From the NCBI RefSeq assembly GCF_003334355.1, contig NZ_QOWP01000047.1: a stretch of DNA of 21,171 nt; one strand, written 5' to 3'. Shown here one piece after another: positions 1 to 8,458 of this stretch; position 1 is the stretch's first letter, and every line of letters starts with the position of its first letter. Source of the stretch: Escherichia coli. Its GTDB lineage: Bacteria; Pseudomonadota; Gammaproteobacteria; Enterobacterales; Enterobacteriaceae. A model generated the notes under the pieces. It was not told the DNA's origin and made no database searches. It was given only the letters and a program-made list of their open reading frames with translations. A program made the translations under genes and the position numbers.

Positions 1-75
1 GGTCGTTAGCTCAGTTGGTAGAGCAGTTGACTTTTAATCAATTGGTCGCAGGTTCGAATCCTGCACGACCCACCA
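1..75 (+). tRNA. lysZ: tRNA-Lys (anticodon UUU), 5' end cut by window edge (first G missing)
   Basis: Identical to the complete tRNA copy at 208-283 minus its first base; anticodon TTT at 33-35; ends in CCA at 73-75. The paralogue name is by position (penultimate gene of the lysT-valT-lysW-valZ-lysY-lysZ-lysQ operon) and is less certain than the tRNA identity. Confidence 0.9.
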
Positions 76-156
76 ATTTAAAGGTGGTTACTGGTAGAGA
101 ACGTGAAGGATAACGTTGCGTTAGCAACGGCCCGAAGGGCGAGACGAAGTCCAGTC

Positions 157-174
157 ATCCTGCACGACCCACCA
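157..174 (+). repeat. Orphan copy of the tRNA-Lys 3' end (ATCCTGCACGACCCACCA) inside the inter-tRNA spacer
   Basis: 18 nt identical to the last 18 nt of both flanking tRNA-Lys genes, including the encoded CCA, with no upstream tRNA body. Confidence 0.8.
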
Positions 175-207
175 TCCTGAATGATTAAAGCAGCATAATC
201 CCGCAAG

Positions 208-283
208 GGGTCGTTAGCTCAGTTGGTAGAGCAGTTGACTTTTAATCAATTGGTCGCAGGTTCGAATCCTGCACGACCCACCA
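208..283 (+). tRNA. lysQ: tRNA-Lys (anticodon UUU), complete 76 nt
   Basis: GGGTCGTTAGCTCAGTTGGTAGAGCAGTTGACTTTTAATCAATTGGTCGCAGGTTCGAATCCTGCACGACCCACCA: cloverleaf with D-loop AGTTGGTAGA, anticodon loop CTTTTAA, T-loop GGTTCGAATCC, encoded CCA. Last tRNA before nadA. Confidence 0.93.
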
Positions 284-287
284 ATGT

Positions 288-314
288 AAAAAAGCGCCCT
301 AAAGGCGCTTTTTT
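288..314 (+). terminator. Intrinsic terminator of the tRNA operon
   Basis: Stem GCGCC (294-298) / GGCGC (304-308) with loop CTAAA, followed by TTTTTT (309-314), directly after the last tRNA. Confidence 0.8.
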
Positions 315-470
315 GCTATTCAGGCATCTCTCAATTTCAATTCTTGACCCTGATGACATACTCCGCGCTTGCTGCGTAAACAACTTTACGTCGGAGGAAT
401 AAGACGCAAAGTGTGGCATTCGGCATCTCATACGTAATTCGAGTGACTTTTCCCCACCATTCGACTATCT

Positions 471-488
471 TGTTTAGCATATAAAACA
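471..488. promoter_or_regulatory. Candidate NadR operator (TGTTTA-N6-AAAACA) in the nadA promoter region
   Basis: TGTTTAGCATATAAAACA lies about 75 bp upstream of the nadA ATG. It resembles the NadR box TGTTTA-N6-TAAACA as I recall it (5 of 6 in the right half-site); nadA-pnuC is the classical NadR-repressed operon. Confidence 0.55.
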
Positions 489-560
489 AATTACACCGAT
501 AACAGCGAATATTACGCTAATGTCGGTTTTAACGTTAAGCCTGTAAAACGAGATGGTAAG

Positions 561-1604
561 ATGAGCGTAATGTTTGATCCAGACACGGCGATTTATCCTT
601 TCCCCCCGAAGCCGACGCCGTTAAGCATTGATGAAAAAGCGTATTGCCGCGAGAAGATAAAACGTCTGCTAAAAGAACGTAATGCGGTGATGGTTGCCCA
701 CTACTATACCGATCCCGAAATTCAACAACTGGCAGAAGAAACCGGTGGCTGTATTTCTGATTCTCTGGAAATGGCGCGCTTCGGTGCAAAGCATCCCGCT
801 TCTACTTTGTTAGTCGCTGGGGTGAGATTTATGGGAGAAACCGCCAAAATTCTCAGTCCGGAAAAAACAATTCTGATGCCGACACTTCAGGCTGAATGTT
901 CACTGGATCTCGGCTGCCCTGTTGAAGAATTTAACGCATTTTGCGATGCCCATCCCGATCGTACTGCCGTCGTCTACGCCAACACTTCTGCTGCGGTAAA
1001 AGCGCGCGCAGATTGGGTGGTAACTTCAAGCATTGCCGTCGAACTTATTGATCATCTTGATAGTTTGGGTGAAAAAATCATCTGGGCACCCGACAAACAT
1101 CTGGGGCGTTACGTGCAAAAACAGACGGGTGGAGACATTCTATGCTGGCAGGGTGCCTGTATTGTGCATGATGAATTTAAGACTCAGGCGTTAACCCGCT
1201 TGCAAGAAGAATACCCGGATGCTGCCATACTGGTGCATCCAGAATCACCACAAGCTATTGTCGATATGGCGGATGCGGTCGGTTCCACCAGTCAACTGAT
1301 CGCTGCTGCGAAAACATTGCCACATCAGAGGCTTATTGTGGCAACCGATCGGGGTATTTTCTACAAAATGCAGCAGGCGGTGCCAGATAAAGAGTTACTG
1401 GAAGCACCAACCGCAGGTGAGGGTGCAACCTGCCGCAGCTGCGCGCATTGTCCGTGGATGGCCATGAATGGCCTTCAGGCCATCGCAGAGGCATTAGAAC
1501 AGGAAGGAAGCAATCACGAGGTTCATGTTGATGAAAGGCTGCGAGAGAGGGCGCTGGTGCCGCTCAATCGTATGCTGGATTTTGCGGCTACACTACGTGG
1601 ATAA
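561..1604 (+). CDS. nadA: Quinolinate synthase A
   Basis: 347 aa ORF; translation recognised as E. coli NadA, full length, with the C-terminal CxxC Fe-S motif (CRSCAHC). Confidence 0.96.
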   Translation: MSVMFDPDTAIYPFPPKPTPLSIDEKAYCREKIKRLLKERNAVMVAHYYTDPEIQQLAEETGGCISDSLEMARFGAKHPASTLLVAGVRFMGETAKILSPEKTILMPTLQAECSLDLGCPVEEFNAFCDAHPDRTAVVYANTSAAVKARADWVVTSSIAVELIDHLDSLGEKIIWAPDKHLGRYVQKQTGGDILCWQGACIVHDEFKTQALTRLQEEYPDAAILVHPESPQAIVDMADAVGSTSQLIAAAKTLPHQRLIVATDRGIFYKMQQAVPDKELLEAPTAGEGATCRSCAHCPWMAMNGLQAIAEALEQEGSNHEVHVDERLRERALVPLNRMLDFAATLRG

Positions 1605-1641
1605 CGAATAATAAGGCGTAACGTTACGCTTTGGGGGAAAG

Positions 1642-2361
1642 ATGGATTTTTTTAGTGTGCAGAATATCCTGGTACATATACCAATAGGGGCAGGCGGTTA
1701 TGATCTCTCATGGATCGAAGCGGTAGGCACGATCGCCGGGTTGCTGTGTATTGGCCTTGCCAGTCTGGAGAAGATCAGCAACTACTTCTTTGGCCTGATC
1801 AACGTCACCTTGTTTGGCATTATTTTCTTTCAGATTCAGCTGTATGCCAGCCTGCTATTACAGGTGTTTTTCTTTGCCGCGAATATTTACGGTTGGTATG
1901 CGTGGTCGCGACAAACCAGTCAGAACGAGGCGGAGTTGAAAATTCGCTGGTTGCCATTGCCGAAGGCACTCAGCTGGTTGGCGGTTTGCGTTGTTTCGAT
2001 TGGTCTGATGACGGTATTTATCAATCCGGTGTTTGCATTTTTGACCCGCGTGGCAGTCATGATCATGCAAGCATTAGGATTACAGGTTGTGATGCCTGAA
2101 CTGCAACCGGACGCTTTCCCGTTCTGGGATTCATGCATGATGGTGTTATCTATCGTGGCAATGATTCTGATGACGCGTAAGTATGTGGAAAACTGGCTGT
2201 TGTGGGTGATTATTAACGTGATTAGCGTCGTTATTTTTGCACTTCAGGGCGTTTACGCCATGTCTCTGGAGTACATCATCCTGACCTTTATTGCGCTCAA
2301 CGGCAGCCGGATGTGGATCAACAGCGCACGTGAAAGAGGCTCACGCGCGCTGTCCCATTAA
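1642..2361 (+). CDS. pnuC: Nicotinamide riboside transporter PnuC
   Basis: 239 aa hydrophobic multi-helix ORF recognised as E. coli PnuC; GGGGGA ribosome-binding site 6 nt upstream; 37 bp downstream of nadA, consistent with a nadA-pnuC operon. Confidence 0.95.
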   Translation: MDFFSVQNILVHIPIGAGGYDLSWIEAVGTIAGLLCIGLASLEKISNYFFGLINVTLFGIIFFQIQLYASLLLQVFFFAANIYGWYAWSRQTSQNEAELKIRWLPLPKALSWLAVCVVSIGLMTVFINPVFAFLTRVAVMIMQALGLQVVMPELQPDAFPFWDSCMMVLSIVAMILMTRKYVENWLLWVIINVISVVIFALQGVYAMSLEYIILTFIALNGSRMWINSARERGSRALSH

Positions 2362-3299
2362 TGGTGATGATGTGAATGGCCAGACACCCCTTCATTCAGG
2401 TGGCAGTCTGGCCCATGACAAGGTTGATATTCCATCTGAATGGTGGCGTGCTCAATCTGATAGTGATCCATCAGGTAGTGTTGGATCTGATCCAACAAGG
2501 CATCGTGATCGTGTGGCGGGATCACCTGCACATGCAACGTCATCACCGGCTTCTCGCCTACCATCCATACATGTACATGGTGCACATTGCGGACTTCCGG
2601 GATTTCCCGGCACATACGACGCTTCAGTTCAGCGATATCCAGCGATACCGGTGCACCTTCAAGTAATTCATTCACGCTATCTTTCAACAGTCGCCACGCG
2701 CTACGCAGAACCAGAAGCGACACCAGTATCGAGAGAATGGGGTCAGCAGGTGTCCAGCCAGTCCAGATAATAATCAACGCGGCAATAATAGCCCCAACCG
2801 AACCCAGCAGGTCCCCGAGCACATGCAGTGCCGCTGCTCGTACGTTGAGGTTTTTCTCTTCGCTGCCGTGATGAAGTAACCAGAAAGAAAGTATATTTGC
2901 CAGCAACCCAGCCACGGCAATTGCCATCATCATGCCGCCCTCGACCGGACGCGGCGTGCGGAAGCGTTCTATCGCCTCCCAGACAATCAAAATGGTAATT
3001 ACCACGAGGGCTATGGCATTCACAAACGCCGCGAGCGTGGTCAGTCTTAGCCAACCGAAAGTGTGGCGAATGGTGGGAGGACGACGTGAAAATTGCACGG
3101 CGAGTAGGGCGAAAAGCAGGGCGGCAGTATCGGTCAACATATGACCCGCATCGGCCAGCAATGCCAGAGAACCAGAAAGAAAACCACCAACGACTTCTAC
3201 CAGCATAAACCCGGCAGTCACGCCGAAAGCATACAACAAGCGACGAGCATTATTATCTTCTGGCAGGTGTGAGGACGTGTGTGAGTGTGAGTGCGCCAT
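2358..3299 (-). CDS. zitB: Zn(II)/H+ antiporter of the cation diffusion facilitator family, ZitB
   Basis: 313 aa ORF with His-rich N terminus ([11 protein letters not shown]) and C terminus (HSHHHH) and CDF-type transmembrane core; recognised as ZitB (YbgR). AGGGA ribosome-binding site upstream of the ATG at 3299. The 3' end overlaps the pnuC stop by 4 nt. Confidence 0.95.
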
Positions 3300-3360
3300 G
3301 ACGAGTCATCCCTTAATTATTCTCACTTAACTTTATGACATCATACTGCTTTTAGAAGTG

Positions 3361-3391
3361 AAAAATTAAAAGGGAGAGACTCCGCTCTCCC
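3361..3391 (-). terminator. Intrinsic terminator downstream of ybgS
   Basis: Stem GGGAGAG (3372-3378) / CTCTCCC (3385-3391); on the minus strand the hairpin is followed by a U-rich tract (complement of AAAAATTAAAA at 3361-3371). Confidence 0.7.
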
Positions 3392-3412
3392 ATTATTGGC
3401 TATTTTGCAGGG

Positions 3413-3793
3413 TTACTGCGTGGTACCGTCGGTTTTGGTATCGACATCATTATTGATGCCATCACCGGTTTGTACCTTTTTATTGATATCCGGACAGCGA
3501 CCATCTTTGCACATGGTGTTCTTGTGCTCTTCATCTTTGGTCATTCCGTCATTGTTCATTGAAGAACCATCCGAATGCAGCATTGTGCCGCCAGAACCGG
3601 TATTTACCCCGTTATTGTCGACGTTATTTGGCGCGACATTTTCACGGGCGTCAGGGGCTACCTGGCCCGCATCAGCTGCGGCGTTTGCCTGGCCGTTATT
3701 AGTTTGCGCTCCGCTATCGGCAGCCAGTGCGGCACCGCTGGCAAGGCTTAGAGTGGCAGTCAGAAATAATGTGGCCAGTTTTGTCATTTTCAT
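3413..3793 (-). CDS. ybgS: Uncharacterised secreted Asn/Asp/Gly-rich protein YbgS
   Basis: 126 aa ORF with a good ribosome-binding site (AACAGGAGCATCCT-ATG) and a signal-peptide-like N terminus ([26 protein letters not shown]); the mature part is low-complexity, rich in N/D/G/T. Recognised as E. coli YbgS. Confidence 0.9.
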
Positions 3794-4020
3794 AGGATGC
3801 TCCTGTTATGGTCGTTATGTCGGATAACCTCTTCCAACAGTGCATTTGCAGGTGAATATAAGGCATTGGTTTAAGATTTCAGCCAGGTTATGAAACGCAG
3901 CAGAGAATCTTGAAATAATTAACAAACAAAGGAGTTACAGTTAGAAATTGTAGGAGAGATCTCGTTTTTCGCGACAATCTGGCGTTTTTCTTGCTAATTC
4001 CAGGATTAATCCGTTCATAG

Positions 4021-4038
4021 TGTAAAACCCCGTTTACA
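4021..4038. promoter_or_regulatory. TyrR box (TGTAAA-N6-TTTACA) in the aroG promoter
   Basis: TGTAAAACCCCGTTTACA is a perfect match to the TyrR box consensus, about 70 bp upstream of the aroG ATG; aroG is a known TyrR-regulon member. Confidence 0.8.
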
Positions 4039-4108
4039 CATTCTGACGGAAGATATAGATTGGAAGTATTGCATTCACTAAGATAAGTATGGCAACACTG
4101 GAACAGAC

Positions 4109-5161
4109 ATGAATTATCAGAACGACGATTTACGCATCAAAGAAATCAAAGAGTTACTTCCTCCTGTCGCATTGCTGGAAAAATTCCCCGCTACTGAAAA
4201 TGCCGCGAATACGGTTGCCCATGCCCGAAAAGCGATCCATAAGATCCTGAAAGGTAATGATGATCGCCTGTTGGTTGTGATTGGCCCATGCTCAATTCAT
4301 GATCCTGTCGCGGCAAAAGAGTATGCCACTCGCTTGCTGGCGCTGCGTGAAGAGCTGAAAGATGAGCTGGAAATCGTAATGCGCGTCTATTTTGAAAAGC
4401 CGCGTACCACGGTGGGCTGGAAAGGGCTGATTAACGATCCGCATATGGATAATAGCTTCCAGATCAACGACGGTCTGCGTATAGCCCGTAAATTGCTGCT
4501 TGATATTAACGACAGCGGTCTGCCAGCGGCAGGTGAGTTTCTCGATATGATCACCCCACAATATCTCGCTGACCTGATGAGCTGGGGCGCAATTGGCGCA
4601 CGTACCACCGAATCGCAGGTGCACCGCGAACTGGCATCAGGGCTTTCTTGTCCGGTCGGCTTCAAAAATGGCACCGACGGTACGATTAAAGTGGCTATCG
4701 ATGCCATTAATGCCGCCGGTGCGCCGCACTGCTTCCTGTCCGTAACGAAATGGGGGCATTCGGCGATTGTGAATACCAGCGGTAACGGCGATTGCCATAT
4801 CATTCTGCGCGGCGGTAAAGAGCCTAACTACAGCGCGAAGCACGTTGCTGAAGTGAAAGAAGGGCTGAACAAAGCAGGCCTGCCAGCACAGGTGATGATC
4901 GATTTCAGCCATGCTAACTCGTCCAAACAATTCAAAAAGCAGATGGATGTTTGTGCTGACGTTTGCCAGCAGATTGCCGGTGGCGAAAAGGCCATTATTG
5001 GCGTGATGGTGGAAAGCCATCTGGTGGAAGGCAATCAGAGCCTCGAGAGCGGGGAGCCGCTGGCCTACGGTAAGAGCATCACCGATGCCTGCATCGGCTG
5101 GGAAGATACCGATGCTCTGTTACGTCAACTGGCGAATGCAGTAAAAGCGCGTCGCGGGTAA
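4109..5161 (+). CDS. aroG: 3-deoxy-D-arabino-heptulosonate-7-phosphate synthase, Phe-sensitive
   Basis: 350 aa ORF recognised as E. coli AroG (MNYQNDDLRIKEIKELLPP...), full length. Confidence 0.96.
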   Translation: MNYQNDDLRIKEIKELLPPVALLEKFPATENAANTVAHARKAIHKILKGNDDRLLVVIGPCSIHDPVAAKEYATRLLALREELKDELEIVMRVYFEKPRTTVGWKGLINDPHMDNSFQINDGLRIARKLLLDINDSGLPAAGEFLDMITPQYLADLMSWGAIGARTTESQVHRELASGLSCPVGFKNGTDGTIKVAIDAINAAGAPHCFLSVTKWGHSAIVNTSGNGDCHIILRGGKEPNYSAKHVAEVKEGLNKAGLPAQVMIDFSHANSSKQFKKQMDVCADVCQQIAGGEKAIIGVMVESHLVEGNQSLESGEPLAYGKSITDACIGWEDTDALLRQLANAVKARRG

Positions 5162-5169
5162 GGTTTAAT

Positions 5170-5246
5170 TGTCGGATGCGCCGTCAGAGTGGCGTATCCG
5201 ATGAATCACCACAGGCCTGATAAGTCGCGCAGCGTCGCATCAGGCA
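5170..5246. repeat. Two REP (palindromic unit) elements in opposite orientation, BIME-like
   Basis: TCGGATGCGCC...GGCGTATCCGA (about 5172-5202) and GCCTGATAAGTCGCGCAGCGTCGCATCAGGC (about 5213-5246) match the E. coli REP consensus families (GCCGGATGCGGCG... / GCCTGATGCGACGC...) and form imperfect palindromes. Confidence 0.75.
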
Positions 5247-5265
5247 ATGTGCTCCATTGTTAGCA

Positions 5266-5305
5266 ACAAAAAAGCCGACTCACTTGCAGTCGGCTTTCTC
5301 ATTTT
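5266..5305. terminator. Bidirectional intrinsic terminator between convergent aroG and gpmA
   Basis: Stem AGCCGACT (5273-5280) / AGTCGGCT (5288-5295) with loop CACTTGC, flanked by an A-run on the left and a T-rich tract on the right, so it is followed by U-runs on both strands. Confidence 0.8.
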
Positions 5306-5318
5306 AAACGAATGACGT

Positions 5319-6071
5319 TTACTTCGCTTTACCCTGGTTTGCAACCGCCGCTGCTTTCGCTGCGATCTCGTCAGCATTACCCAGATAATAGCGTTTCAGC
5401 GGTTTGAAATTCTCGTCGAACTCATACACCAGCGGCACGCCAGTCGGGATATTAAGCTCAAGAATCTCTTCTTCGCTCATGTTATCAAGATATTTCACCA
5501 GCGCACGTAAAGAGTTACCGTGTGCAGCGATGATCACGCGCTCACCGCTCTTCATACGCGGCAGAATAGTTTCATTCCAGTAAGGGATCACGCGGTCAAT
5601 GGTCAGCGCCAGGCTTTCCGTCAGCGGCAGTTCTTTCTCGCTCAGTTTCGCGTAACGCGGATCGTGACCCGGATAACGCTCATCATCTTTAGTCAGTTCC
5701 GGCGGAGTCACTGCAAAACCACGACGCCACTGTTTCACCTGCTCGTCGCCATACTTTTCAGCAGTTTCCGCTTTGTTCAGACCCTGCAACGCACCGTAGT
5801 GACGTTCGTTCAGTTTCCAGGATTTCTCAACGGGCAGCCATGCCTGATCCAGTTCGTCCAGCACATTCCACAGGGTATGGATAGCGCGTTTCAGCACAGA
5901 AGTGTAAGCAAAGTCAAAGCTGTAACCTTCCTCTTTCAGCAGCTTACCTGCTGCTTTTGCTTCGCTTACGCCTTTCTCAGACAGATCCACGTCGTACCAA
6001 CCGGTGAAACGGTTTTCTTTGTTCCACTGACTTTCGCCATGACGAACCAGAACCAGCTTAGTTACAGCCAT
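5319..6071 (-). CDS. gpmA: 2,3-bisphosphoglycerate-dependent phosphoglycerate mutase
   Basis: Translation recognised as GpmA ([25 protein letters not shown]...), 250 aa. The ORF-track entry (5319..6086) extends 5 codons to an upstream TTG; the ATG at 6071 is preceded by a GAGGAG ribosome-binding site and matches the known N terminus. Confidence 0.94.
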
Positions 6072-6095
6072 ATACTTACTCCTCAAATCATCTTT

Positions 6096-6117
6096 TAATG
6101 ATAATAATTCTCATTAT
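6096..6117. promoter_or_regulatory. Fur-box-like AT-rich hexamer array in the gpmA promoter
   Basis: TAATGATAATAATTCTCATTAT lies about 25-45 bp upstream of the gpmA ATG and resembles the Fur consensus GATAATGATAATCATTATC; gpmA is, as I recall, a reported Fur target. Confidence 0.5.
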
Positions 6118-6247
6118 ATTGCCGCGACGAAGCAACAGCAATGCTTACGCATAACCATAGCGAAAATAGTGGCGCAGTGTAAGGTTGTTGTGAATATTGA
6201 GTTGCAAATATGTCGGTGTTTGCTGGTGATTTGAACAATATGAGATA

Positions 6248-6268
6248 AAGCCCTCATGACGAGGGCTT
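6248..6268 (-). terminator. Probable terminator hairpin downstream of galM (end of the gal operon)
   Basis: Stem AAGCCCTC (6248-6255) / GAGGGCTT (6261-6268), loop ATGAC, immediately after the galM stop at 6273; the downstream U-tract on the minus strand is only moderate. Confidence 0.45.
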
Positions 6269-6272
6269 AACA

Positions 6273-7313
6273 TTACTCAGCAATAAACTGATATTCCGTC
6301 AGGCTGGAATACTCTTCGCCAGGACGCAGGAAGCAGTCCGGTTGCGGCCATTCAGGGTGGTTCGGGCTGTCCGGTAGAAACTCGCTTTCCAGAGCCAGCC
6401 CTTGCCAGTCGGCGTAAGGTTCGGTTCCCCGCGACGGTGTGCCGCCGAGGAAGTTGCCGGAGTAGAATTGCAGAGCCGGAGCGGTGGTGTAGACCTTCAG
6501 CTGCAATTTTTCATCTGCTGACCAGACATGCGCCGCCACTTTCTTGCCATCGCCTTTGGCCTGTAACAAGAATGCGTGATCGTAACCTTTCACTTTGCGC
6601 TGATCGTCGTCGGCAAGAAACTCACTGGCGATGATTTTGGCGCTGCGGAAATCAAAAGACGTTCCGGCGACAGATTTCAGGCCGTCGTGCGGAATGCCGC
6701 CTTCATCAACCGGCAGATATTCGTCCGCCAGAATCTGCAACTTGTGATTGCGCACGTCAGACTGCTCGCCGTCAAGATTGAAATAGACGTGATTAGTCAT
6801 ATTCACCGGGCAAGGTTTATCAACTGTGGCGCGATAAGTAATGGAGATACGGTTATCGTCGGTCAGACGATATTGCACCGTCGCGCCGAGATTACCCGGG
6901 AAGCCCTGATCACCATCATCTGAACTCAGGGCAAACAGCACCTGACGATCGTTCTGGTTCACAATCTGCCAGCGACGTTTGTCGAACCCTTCCGGCCCGC
7001 CGTGCAGCTGGTTAACGCCCTGACTTGGCGAAAGCGTCACGGTTTCACCGTCAAAGGTATAACGGCTATTGGCGATACGGTTGGCATAACGACCAATAGA
7101 GGCCCCCAGAAACGCGGCCTGATCCTGATAGCATTCCGGGCTGGCACAGCCGAGCAGCGCCTCGCGGACGCTGCCATCGGAAAGCGGAATACGGGCGGAA
7201 AGTAAAGTCGCACCCCAGTCCATCAGCGTGACTACCATCCCTGCGTTGTTACGCAAAGTTAACAGTCGGTACGGCTGACCATCGGGTGCCAGTGCGGGAG
7301 TTTCGTTCAGCAC
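6273..7313 (-). CDS. galM: Aldose 1-epimerase (galactose mutarotase)
   Basis: 346 aa ORF recognised as GalM; its start overlaps the galK 3' end by 7 nt. Confidence 0.95.
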
Positions 7314-8455
7314 TGTCCTGCTCCTTGTGATGGTTTACAAACGTAAAAAGTCTCTTTAATACCTGTTTTTGCTTCATATTGTTCAGCGACAGCTTGCTGT
7401 ACGGCAGGCACCAGCTCTTCCGGGATCAGCGCGACGATACAGCCGCCAAATCCGCCGCCGGTCATGCGTACGCCACCTTTGTCGCCAATCACAGCTTTGA
7501 CGATTTCTACCAGAGTGTCAATTTGCGGCACGGTGATTTCGAAATCATCGCGCATAGAGGCATGAGACTCCGCCATCAACTCGCCCATACGTTTCAGGTC
7601 GCCTTGCTCCAGCGCGCTGGCAGCTTCAACGGTGCGGGCGTTTTCAGTCAGTATATGACGCACGCGTTTTGCCACGATCGGGTCCAGTTCATGCGCAACA
7701 GCGTTGAACTCTTCAATGGTGACATCACGCAGGGCTGGCTGCTGGAAGAAACGCGCACCGGTTTCGCACTGTTCACGACGGGTGTTGTATTCGCTGCCAA
7801 CCAGGGTACGTTTGAAGTTACTGTTGATGATGACGACAGCCACACCTTTGGGCATGGAAACTGCTTTGGTCCCCAGTGAGCGGCAATCGATCAGCAAGGC
7901 ATGATCTTTCTTGCCGAGCGCGGAAATTAGCTGATCCATGATCCCGCAGTTACAGCCTACAAACTGGTTTTCTGCTTCCTGACCGTTAAGCGCGATTTGT
8001 GCGCCGTCCAGCGGCAGATGATAAAGCTGCTGCAATACGGTTCCGACCGCGACTTCCAGTGAAGCGGAAGAACTTAACCCGGCACCCTGCGGCACATTGC
8101 CGCTGATCACCATGTCCACGCCGCCGAAGCTGTTGTTACGCAGTTGCAGATGTTTCACCACGCCACGAACGTAGTTAGCCCATTGATAGTTTTCATGTGC
8201 GACAATGGGCGCATCGAGGGAAAACTCGTCGAGCTGATTTTCATAATCGGCTGCCATCACGCGAACTTTACGGTCATCGCGTGGTGCACAACTGATCACG
8301 GTTTGATAATCAATCGCGCAGGGCAGAACGAAACCGTCGTTGTAGTCGGTGTGTTCACCAATCAAATTCACGCGGCCAGGCGCCTGAATGGTGTGAGTGG
8401 CAGGGTAGCCAAATGCGTTGGCAAACAGAGATTGTGTTTTTTCTTTCAGACTCAT
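7307..8455 (-). CDS. galK: Galactokinase
   Basis: 382 aa ORF recognised as GalK, full length, with the GHMP kinase motif ([11 protein letters not shown]); GGAG ribosome-binding site upstream. Confidence 0.96.
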
Positions 8456-8458
8456 TTC

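Noticed and set aside
76-207. Possible CRISPR-like or mobile-element repeat structure in the tRNA spacer
   Set aside because: There is a single 18-nt tRNA 3'-end copy and two full tRNA genes, with no regularly spaced direct repeats, spacers or cas genes; this is tandem tRNA operon architecture, not CRISPR.
246-431. 61-aa minus-strand ORF overlapping the tRNA-Lys gene and its terminator
   Set aside because: It lies antisense across a tRNA and an intrinsic terminator, has no ribosome-binding site and a low-complexity translation; an ORF-finder artefact.
3396-3827. 143-aa plus-strand ORF antisense to ybgS (and similar antisense ORFs at 5520..6098, 8144..8782, 9551..10393, 16099..16794 and elsewhere)
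   Set aside because: Each is a shadow ORF fully embedded opposite a well-supported, recognisable gene; translations are biased or low-complexity, lack ribosome-binding sites, and several use non-ATG starts.
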